Below are positions 11,251 through 21,164 of a stretch of 64,000 bases of DNA, in pieces. Under the pieces are notes generated by a model, which had not been told where the DNA came from, did not search any database, and saw only the letters and a list, made by a program, of their open reading frames with translations. Origin of the DNA: Torpedo marmorata (taxonomy: Eukaryota); NCBI GenBank assembly GCA_977017645.1, contig OZ360222.1:61256001-61320000 (forward strand), given 5' to 3'. Within the stretch, counting starts at the first letter, position 1. Every line of letters begins with the position of its first letter. Made by a program: the position numbers and the translations under genes.

Positions 11251-13308
11251 AGTAATAAAAACAGAAAATGCTGAAAACGTTCCGAAGGTCAGACAGCATC
11301 CATGAGGTTAATGTTTCGGGTCCGTCACAAATCAATTTCAGTTTTTATTTCAGTTTTACAGCCTGTCTGCTTTTAAATGCAAGAGATGTTATAGTTGAAC
11401 ACGTTAAACGCCATGGCATAGAAATCTATGCGCCGACTGCTCGTGATGGGAATTGGTATAGATACAATTGATAGCCGATACAAACATGGTGAGCCGAAGG
11501 GCCTGGTTCTGTCCAATGTGACTATGACTCGAAAATCCACGCTATCTGCTCCCGTTCATGGCGTTAAACCTGATCTCGGTGTCACTGGTTACTCACGTTG
11601 CTGCTCGCCGTACATTCCAGAAAGTACACTCCACTTCCTTGCTGGATATACTGTAAAAACAAAAATTGCAAGACCCACCGCATTCCCTTCCATCCCCCGT
11701 GCCTTTGCTCTGAAGTTTGAAATAATCTGATATAGCCCATTGGTCTCCTTACATTGAGGAAAGACCCATGTGTTTCGGGAGCTGGACTACATGTCTTCTT
11801 CCTGCCCCCTCCATGGGTCGGAATACGACTAGCGATTTTTTTAACAGATTCCTGCACATGCAGCGTTTGGCCCTTCCATCCAGTGGTCTTTACGCAATCC
11901 CGGCAAAAAAGGCGAACTCTGCAAATGGACACCCCCCCCCCCCCCCCACCAAACCCATCGATAATTTTGGGTGTATTTTATTGAGAAGGTAGAAGGCGAG
12001 AGGGGTGTTGTTGTACCACTCGGCTCCCAGGCAGAATTAAAGTTTTCCCAAACATGAGGGTTTCAATTTGGTTCATGAGCTGCACTTTTATGTTTTTTGG
12101 TCTCCTGCCGCTATATTCAGTCACCACTCATAAACAAACGCGGTGCTAGTGGGTCCCAATTCTCAGTGGTTACTGGAGCCAAGTGGACGTGGATTTCGGG
12201 TTCTCGGGCCTTCCGATAGAGACAATTTCTTCCCATCATCTTGGCCTTCCGTTGTATGTATCCCGATCATTCGTTTCCGTTGCCGGAGATAGTTATTCGT
12301 TACGTCCATTCTGAATCATTGTGTTATTTAAGTTTGGGAAGGAGAAAGGAACAGAACAGAGAAACGTGTTTTCCGACATGGAGTGGCTCCAATGGAGTGC
12401 AAATGCCTGCAGTAATAAATTGGGCCGCATGGCCTGTTTATTCCCAGTAATTGTTTGGTGTTACTATGGACTAAACGCATTCGATGTCATATTTCTGGTC
12501 TTTTCGTTTTGAGGGCACACTGCATTTTACGCTTTCAAATTCTTTCTGTGATGGTAGGTTCGAACGGATAGCAGACCATTTATCCTTCATATTCTGCATT
12601 AATCCATTAGTCAGAGCTTTTACCCCTTTGTCTAATGGCCACTTTATTTATACTGAACTCATAAGTTCTAGATTACTCACGCAAGGGACGGGGTAAGTAA
12701 ACACATTAAGACCGTGAGCATTTTGTTATTGATAATTCCATCATTTAACTAAAAGACAAGTCGACAAAATATTCACTGTAAATTCAAACACATTAAGCTT
12801 GGAGGAAGGCGATCTGGACAGCTGGATAATAATTAATGTTAAATGTTTTTCCGAGGTATTAAAGAAATTACCATGTGCAAGCATTGTGTTTGGAAACTAA
12901 GGTTTATAGCAGCCGACGTTTGTAAATGTATGATTTTCGAATTAAAAATAGGACATTGAAAATTCATTTTTTACCGAAAGAGCTCTATTCGTGTTATTTT
13001 ACCTACTCTTCGTTCTTGCCATCAGCCCAATTATTTGAATATTTATAATTGTTGTGGTAGATACTTTTGTGCTTTTCCCTAGAAATTATGCAGAAATATT
13101 TAATCCATGTTTGAAAGCATGTTCTAGGGCAGTGATCCACGTTTTCATGGCGTTTAATGTAAGGACGTTGTCATGGGTGCTTTGTATAATAATGTTTTGC
13201 TTGCGGTATTGTGATTTTTTTCGGTTGATATTGCTGACTGTCACACTTTGATTGCAGCACTTAGAACATAGAACAATACAGCACAGGCCCTTCGGCCCAC
13301 GATGTTGT

Positions 13309-13394
13309 AAAAACATACAAATGCTGGAGGAACTCATCAGGTCTCGCAGCGTTCATGGGAGGTCCAAAGAAGTCTGCAGACTTTCCAGTTTCTT
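13309..13394. mobile_element. 86-bp PLE-terminus-derived mini insertion with a 13-bp target-site duplication
   Basis: CCCACGATGTTGT at 13296-13308 and 13395-13407. The insert resembles the PLE end (AAATGCTGGAGGAACTCATCAGGTC). Confidence 0.75.
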
Positions 13395-13709
13395 CCCACG
13401 ATGTTGTGCCGACCTTTATAAACCTACTCAACAATCTAAACCAGTGGTTTTCAAACTGCCCCCCTAAACTCACATTCCACCTTAAGCAATCCCTATGCCA
13501 TAAGTGCTCTGTGATTAGTAAGGGATTGCTTAAGGTGGTATGTGAGTGGAAAGAAAAAGTTTGAAAACCACTGTTTTAATCGTACCTAATTGACTCGTTA
13601 TGAAGTAAAACACGAAAATCTGTAGACACCGTGGTTGAAGTAAAAAACACAAATGCTGGAGAAACTCAGCAGGTCAAACAGTGTATTTTACGTAGCAAAG
13701 GTAGAAATA

Positions 13710-13750
13710 CATAACCGACGTTTCGGGCTTGAGCCCTTCATCAAAGTATG
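13710..13750 (-). ncRNA. Minimal type-I hammerhead ribozyme motif in the PLE 3' repeat (variant core)
   Basis: Minus strand: CATACT-TTGATGA-A-GGGC-TCAA-GCCC-GAAA-CGTC-GGTTATG. Stem II is 4 bp, stem III is the palindrome ACGT, the cleavage triplet is GUC, and stem I pairs CATACT with GGTTATG. Confidence 0.75.
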
Positions 13751-14730
13751 AGAAAATGCCGGCAGGCGTCCGAACAAAAGAGTGAGGGGGGGAAGGGGGT
13801 GGCAAAGGCAGGAGATGATAGGTGGAGAAAGGAGGGAGGGGACAGCAGCAGAGGGGGAGGAGGGATGGCTGGGTGGGTGGAAAAAAACTGGAAGGACAGG
13901 TGAGGGGGGAGGGGAAGGAAAAGACAAGCAGGTTTAGTGGAAAGCAGAAAAGTCAATGTTAATGCCATCTGGCTGGAGAGTGCCCAGACGGAAAATGAGA
14001 TGTTGTTCCTCCAATTTACGGGTAGTCTGCATGGGATAGTACATAAGGCCATGGACAGACATGTGAGTGTGGGAGTGTGACTCAGAATTGAAATGGCTGG
14101 CTACTGGGAGGCCGCTGTTGTTGCGGACGGAGAGGAGGTGCTCAGCAAAGCGATCCCCCAATCTGATGTAGAGAAAGCCACAAAGGGAGCACCGGATGCA
14201 GTAAATAAGTTCTCTGGATGTACAAGTGAAGTGTTGCTTCACTTGAAAGGCCTGTTTGGGGCCCCGGACCGTGGTGAGGGGGGAGGTGTGGGCGCAGGTG
14301 TTGCACCTCCTGCGAGCACAGGGGAAGGTGCCGGGGGTGCGATGGGTGGGGAGGGATGAGAGCACGAGGGAATCGCGGAGGGAGCAGTCCCTGCAGAAGG
14401 CCGAGAGGGGAGGAGAAGGAAAAATGTGTCTGGTGGTGGGATCCTGTAGTAAGTGCCGTAAATTCCGGCGGATAATGTGTTTGATGCGGAGGCTGGTGGG
14501 GTGGTAGGTGAGGATGAGGGGGGTTCAATGTTTGTTGCGTCTGGGGGCAGAGGGGGCCAGGGCAGATGAGCAGGAAATGGAGGAGATGCGGGTGAGGGCT
14601 GAGTTGATGGAGGTGGAGGGGAAGCCACGTTTGTGGAAGAAGGCAGACATTTCAGAAGATCTGGACTGGAACACCTCATCTTGGGAACAGATGCGGCGGA
14701 GACGGAGAAATTGAGAGAAGGGGATGGCGT

Positions 14731-15597
14731 AATGGAGGCGCTGCCAGAGCCGCTGTAGCGGCAGCGCTGCCGCTGGTGCGGACCCGCGGGGAGCATGGGA
14801 GCGGAGATACAGCACTCCCGCGGGGTCCAGCCACCTAGTCGACTGCCGTCGGTTCCGCACGGGCTTTGAACGGCCCGTTAAAGGAGCCGACAGTGGTTTT
14901 ATTTAAGATCCCGTGAACACGGGGTCTGCGCCCAAGATGGCAGCGCCTTTTAACCGGCAGCAGCCACGAGGGGCTGCAGATTCCGGGGAAGCGGAGGACT
15001 GGAGCAGGGCACCAGAGGATGGGAAGATCACCCCCCCCCCCATCTGAGAAGGAGAAGCAGAGGAGACGACCCACGGGACGGTGACCACGGCGGCGGACCG
15101 GTGAGGAGCTCTGAGGCTGAAGGACCAGTGCATGCGGCGGGCTGCTGGCGAATCGAGGCGAGGAACCCGCGGAGGCTGTGGGCTGCTGGAGACTGCTGTC
15201 GGGGGACCCACACCGGGCTGCGGACTACTGGAGGCTGGCTCGAACTGGCTGGAGGAGTACCAGGTATCGGAACCGGGATGCGAGGGGGTGCCGAGGGTGA
15301 CCTGACCGTGTTGGAGGTTCGGATCTGGAGCTCGGGTTGCCGATGGTTTGGACCGGACTCTGTGTGGCTGCGGAGGCTGCAGAAGTGCTGGAGGTGAATC
15401 TATGGACACTCGGTGACTCTGGGGGGACTCTCTTTTGCTTCTCTTTCTCTGACTGTAAGGAATGTTAGAGGCGCTTAGGCAATTTCTGCCGGTGGCGAAT
15501 CTGTCTGCCTTGCAGCAGGCAAAAAGAAATTTCATGGAATATGACACTGTCTTATTACTATGACAATAAATTGTATCTTGAATCTTGAATCTTGAAT
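14731..15597 (+). mobile_element. GC/CpG-rich non-coding retroposon with a Rex1-like (ATCTTGA)n tail, inserted in the PLE
   Basis: Removing it restores the PLE frame (..PCKD|AIPFSQF). It ends in CAATAAA-TTGT-(ATCTTGA)x3. No recognisable protein. Confidence 0.75.
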
Positions 15598-18500
15598 CCT
15601 TGCAGGGGACAGGGTGTGAGGAAGTGTAGTCCAGATAGTTGTGGGAGTTGGAGGGTTTGTAGTAAACGTCGGGGGAAAGCTTGTCTCCTGAGATGGAGAC
15701 AGAGAGATCCAGGAAGGGAGAGTGTTATCGGAGATGGACCAGGTGAGTTTGAGATCGTGGTGGAAGTTGGATGCGAAGTGGATGAAGTTGACAAGCTTAT
15801 CGCAGGTGCAAGAGGCAGCCCCGATGTAGTCGTCGATATAACGGAGGAAGAGATGAGGGGTCTTGCTTGTGTGCACGGTTTCATAACTTCAAAGGAAATG
15901 GGCCAATGACAATTTTTCTCAAGCAAAATATTTCAGTAACAATTGGGTCTCGAGCAGTGGTTCTCAACCTTCCCTTCCCACTCACATACCACCTTAAGCA
16001 ATCCCTTACTAATCACAGAGCACTTATGGCATAGGGATTGCTTAAGGTGGAATGTGAGTTTAGGGGGGCAGTTTGAAAACCACTGATCTAAACCTTCCCT
16101 ACCTCACACCCATAATCCTCTATTTTTCTTGCATCCATGTGCTTGTCTAAGAGTCTTTTAAATGCTTCTATTGCACCAAACTCCATCACTACCCCTGGCA
16201 ATACATTAATATTATTTATTCCGAATATTACTCCAAGAATTACTCCAATAACTCTATTTATTTCCTCAGTGTCTCCCAAACTCTTTACCAAAAGACCAGG
16301 ACGTTAAGTGAGTGGAGAGACAGCATTCAGGAGGTTCCCATGCACAAATAGTTCTGGCCTGGAAGTATATTGCTGTTCTTTCATACTGTTGCTAATTTCA
16401 CACTTGAAAGGTATGGAGCCCACTGGAGTAGATTGACAAATGCATAACAGCAATGATCTCATTGAAAGCCAGAGGTTTAAAGTGCTGAATAGTTCATATC
16501 TATTCCGATATTCGTATTCCAAATGTTTACATTTTCTCTACTTTAACCCTTGTGTCTATAGTGGTCAGAAATGTATAAATAATATTGACTCTAAAACAAT
16601 ATTTTCTTATTTGAATATGGTAATAGCATTGTTGTACCAAGACAGTATATTGCCAAGAGTGGCTCTACTATGTCCCATTTTGATGCATGACCACATCTAA
16701 TATATGGGTTATATTCATGATTTATTGTGTGCTCACCTTGTCAGGTTCCAGCTCAAATCTCAAATGTGAAATTGTTAATCCAATTACTGGAGAAAAAGTA
16801 AGATTTTTCATCTTTGTATTTTCCCCTTATTGGTGGACTTTAGCCAAGGATAAAGGGATATCAATGATGAAGACCAGACATACTGGATGCGTAACCTTAT
16901 TGGAGATCCAGGATTTAAAGCTGGTACACCAGCCTTTGCTCTCTGGGTCAGGCTAGTGTGAAAAAGGATTACTACTACTGACTGACTGGTAATTAATTCT
17001 GGATGCAGGTATCTGACAGGTTGTTGGCTCAATAGATATAGACTATATTACAGCATCTATATATCAGGACATTTTTGAATGGGGATCAAATCATGTATCT
17101 TCTAAATCTGGAGCAGAAATCATTCCTGTGGGCTAGAACTCATTCCATCCAGATATAAATTATTCATTTGAAGTCAGCCCAATATTTAAAAACCATATAT
17201 CCAGTCTTCATTCTCAAGGTTGTCTGAAGCTTGTCACCTTCTGACTCTGAATCGGGAATATAACTACTGGGCAAGTGGTGACTACATACTGATACAATTA
17301 GATCACTATTTGTCAATTCAATATTTGGTGACCAACATTCCACGGACTTGTTGGAAGCTTGGAAAGGCCAATAGGCCACTGGCTAACTATTACCTTTGAA
17401 CAATTACTGGATTACTTGATGTGGTGTTATAACAAGTAAATATAGTCAGAACTATATCTTGTCACTTTTTTAACATACCACCAGGTAATAATGGACATAT
17501 TCTGCTAGAATGAAATAATACATTGCTGGAAAACAAAAGTATCAGGTAGTACTTTCTTTGCTGATTTTTGTTAGAATATTACCTTTTACCACACTTTCAT
17601 ATTATTCTATGATAGCATCATATTTTATAGATTGGTGGCATGTTACTAGAGATAACAGGTGTACTTTGTCAAGTTTTTTTTTTACATTCCTTATTATAGC
17701 CCAGATACAGCATCAAACAATAGCAAGATTGCTGGGAAATCAAATTTGGGTCCTGTCACAGTTTGATATCACAGTTATGTATTGGAACCAACATCACTAG
17801 CTCACAGAATATATATTTTCTGATTTTTGTATTATCGTGCAGTGTACATATTTTGTTCTCTGTAACACGCTGCCTAGAATATAAAATGTTTTACTTTTTA
17901 ATATTGCACATTTGATAATTAATGACAGCAACCTATGAATTGTAATAGATAAGTATATGCCTCACACTTCGAAGATCGCTTCCTGGACATTATACCTCTA
18001 TGCTTTGTCACATCTAACCATGCTGTAGCTCAGCGGTAAGATATAGGCTATGTTATCTTACTTAACAATCCTCTGTGTTGTAATGCACTGCATAGTGAAA
18101 CATGAGTAAAATGTCGCAGATAGTGTTTTTCACAGTGTCACATGATAATATATACTGCCAAGCAATTATACCAGAGTTTGATGGCAAAATAGTTTACTCT
18201 GCTGAGTTTGGCGAAGTGTACTAAATAAAATGTAAGAGTGCGAGAGTTTAATTTTCCGTCACTGGCCGATATCATTCGCGTCGATGTTATCATTCCATAC
18301 AGTGTTGTCAACATTTAGATATGTTGTTGCACTGCTTCTTTTTAAAGATATGCTTTAGGTGGGACAACGGCACACTTTGTGTGAAACCAATGATCTTTGT
18401 TGTGGTTAAAAAAACCCAGCCATTTAGTTACCCTACCGGGGAGGGGAACAGGAGGTTTTCCAAGTTTAAATGTTGGGGGCCAGGTAACATTTAGAGTAAG

Positions 18501-21000
18501 CTTTAACTTTTTATATTGTTAATTAAAAACACAATTAAAAACATTGTTCCGTTTCATCAAACCTGAAATTACCAGAAGATGAAAGAAAAACAACATCGGA
18601 ATGAAGTTCTATCTTGCTTGATGTTGCAATGATTTTGGTTGTTTTCCTGTTTGGCAAGAGCTGACAAAAGGAAAACAAACATTCGGGGTGGCTGATGCAT
18701 AGTCGGGAGAAAGCTGCAGCGAAGACGCTGAGTACATCCCTTGCGGGAAGGAAGTGGATGCTGAAGAAGGAAAACAAAAGATGGCAGCCGCTCTGACCGC
18801 TGCTTGAACCAGACATCGTCGCCACCAGCTGCTTCCCAGAACTTCCCATTACCTTTCCGTGACACTTTACCCTCCTCTTTCAATAGCAAACGCCAATTTG
18901 TTCACTTAATTAAAACGTAAAGACCAATTCAACCAAGACCCATCTCTCATGTAACTTATGTAAATCTTTTTTAAGACTACGCAATCCATAACCATTCAAT
19001 ACGTCGATCTTCTGTGATTCGACCCGTTATGTAGTTGCATTCACAGCTTTGTTTTTCTTTTTTCTTTCCCTAAGCCCCACGATGACTGTTGGGTTTCCAG
19101 GGCAGGCAGGGACTTGCTTTGCACGGAAATCCAAAACATGGTTTTTAAAAAACCCAAAATCCTTTAATTACTGTAGTCTCTTTACACGGCAACATTGTTT
19201 GGTGAAACATTTGGAAATATAGCGAACTAATGAGAATGTAGACTTGTACTTCTTTGTGCAGGGCGAGGAAAGCGAAGTACACCGCATCTGCCGTCCTCAC
19301 ATATTTAAACAGTAGCTTCAGTTGTTAGCACAATACATTGGATCATGAGAGGTCTCGGACGACTTGTTTTATTGTTTACCAAAGAAATCAAACTTGGTCA
19401 AGTTGTCACCGCACTATCAAAGAACTCAATGGCTGCTTATGTTTGTACAACGCAGCATTCGTATCAGAACCACTGCATATTATGTCCTGTTTACGTTTAA
19501 TCGTATAAAACAAGATAAGTATAATTAAAAATAAGTTGCTTGGAAATGGGTTCAGTTTAATTAAAATGTTAGATAAATTTTATTGAACCATCACTGATAC
19601 ACGATAAAAAATTGGCGTGGAAACAAAGCAGTTTATTAAATGAAGGAATTGCACTGATCTGTTTCCGAAATCACACAATGCAGAACATGATATGTTTTGC
19701 CGATCAGCGAAAGCTACTTCTAAAAATAAACTTTTAAAAATGCGAACGGTTGACCAGATAAGGTACTGATTTATAGTCTAACATCAATACCCAATGCGAC
19801 ACCAGTCATCCCCAAATTTCTGCTCAGGTATACCATCAATTCACGACATCAACAAATAACTATTTCAATCAGACATTGGGAAACGCATTCAATTCATTAA
19901 AATTAATGAACGAATAGAGAGGCTGTTGCAAACAGCTGTTCTCGATACATATTTTACATCACAATCAGATAAAGCGTTTATGCAACGTTTAATTATTTAA
20001 AAATAAAAAAAATCCAGGATAGGCGACTGGCTAACATTAGTTTGGAAAGCAAAACACGTACATCTTTCTCTTATAGTGATATGTAAATAAGCTTTCAGAG
20101 TGGCATACCTAATTACATTTTATTTAAAAACTCGTTTGACCCTAATATGTCGTTTCCCCTGTACTTTTTTTTGCTTCGTGGTTGTTTTCGTATGTTGGTT
20201 TACAGGTATTATAAATGTGTCTATTGTCTGTTTGAATTTTCTATGCAATGCATGTGAATACTCTGGATTTCAATAGAACTGAGTTGTTAATTACATAATA
20301 TTTCCCCGATCAAATTTATAGCAGACAATATTTTCCCAATAAGTCGACTTCAAATAAAGAATACAGTAATAGGAAGGCACCCCTTTGACGGTCTTATTTG
20401 CAAAGCCCTTTAATAAATTTAATGTAACAAGCACATATCTCAGATAGGTAGATGCATAATTGTTAGGGGGAAACGATCGATATTTGTAATAACGATTAAA
20501 TCATTAAAGTTTATTCAAAGAGTTTGAAAATTAGCATTGATTAAAATAGCATACTACTTTAATATCTTGCGTAACTTCATTTTGATCTATCATAATTTCG
20601 TGACAAATGTTAGAATTGTGCTCGAAGTTGATTAAATGCTCAAAACGTTATATTTTTACATTCAAAGTGAAATCAATGAGGAAATAGCCCTAACATGTGA
20701 AAGCTGTTTTAACTATCGTTCGTGCAGATTATTCATGAAACCAACATGTCGTTTAAGTCAGATGTCGTCGATTAAAAGCATACCAATGCATTCTGAATCC
20801 TAAACAAATACTTCGTGAATGTAGCAAAAATCAATTAAAAAAAACACTGAAGGTGCTGGAAATCTAAAATAAAAACGGAAAGGGTCGGAAAGGCCGCATC
20901 AGGCATTTTCACTTTCTATTCAGATTCTGAATTTGGTGTGTTTCTGCCCGTTGTGAAGCCATTCAAATACTCCTATTTAATATGAACGTTTATCTTCTGT

Positions 21001-21164
21001 NNNNNNNNNNNNNNNNNNNNNNNNNNNNNNNNNNNNNNNNNNNNNNNNNNNNNNNNNNNNNNNNNNNNNNNNNNNNNNNNNNNNNNNNNNNNNNNNNNNN
21101 NNNNNNNNNNNNNNNNNNNNNNNNNNNNNNNNNNNNNNNNNNNNNNNNNNNNNNNNNNNNNNNN
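21001..21164. other. Assembly gap (164 N)
   Basis: Run of N. Confidence 1.

Larger units (their letters stand above)
13603..15870 (-). mobile_element. Penelope-like element (Neptune-type): RT C-terminus, Cys linker, GIY-YIG endonuclease and 3' terminal repeat; 5'-truncated
   Basis: FLRYIDD, YYKPSNSHNYL.Y.S.HP, AIPFSQFLRLRRICS, CARRRCNTC, FTCTS..LIYCIRC..C..LYI, RLGDRFAEH, VASHF, RKLEEQ.LI..LGTLQP.GIN. Confidence 0.92.
13442..16085. mobile_element. Non-autonomous hAT (Charlie-like) MITE made of two inverted ~131-bp units, with an 8-bp TSD; interrupted by a PLE
   Basis: TIR CAGTGGTTTTCAAACTGCCCCCC at both ends. TSD ATCTAAAC at 13434-13441 and 16086-16093. Units at 13442-13573 and 15955-16085. 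Confidence 0.88.
13262..16200 (-). mobile_element. CR1-type 3' tail, split by nested insertions (pieces 13262-13308, 13395-13441, 16086-16200)
   Basis: AGAACATAGAACA tail and GGCCCTTCGGCCC hairpin. The sequence is continuous once the TSD-bounded inserts are removed, and 16100-16200 reads like the CR1 ORF2 end (FKRLLDKHM). Confidence 0.7.

Noticed and set aside
14903-15547. 214-aa ORF and other overlapping ORFs in the GC-rich insert
   Set aside because: Expected from stop-codon scarcity in GC-rich DNA. Low-complexity product, antisense to the element's tail.
16200-17800. Unique CpG-poor stretch that might hold exons of a neighbouring gene
   Set aside because: The frames I translated contain stops and no recognisable protein or convincing splice pattern.
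18700-18860. GC-richer patch with a YY1-like AAGATGGCAGCC and two ~105-aa ORFs
   Set aside because: A single motif and non-descript ORFs are not enough to call a promoter or gene.
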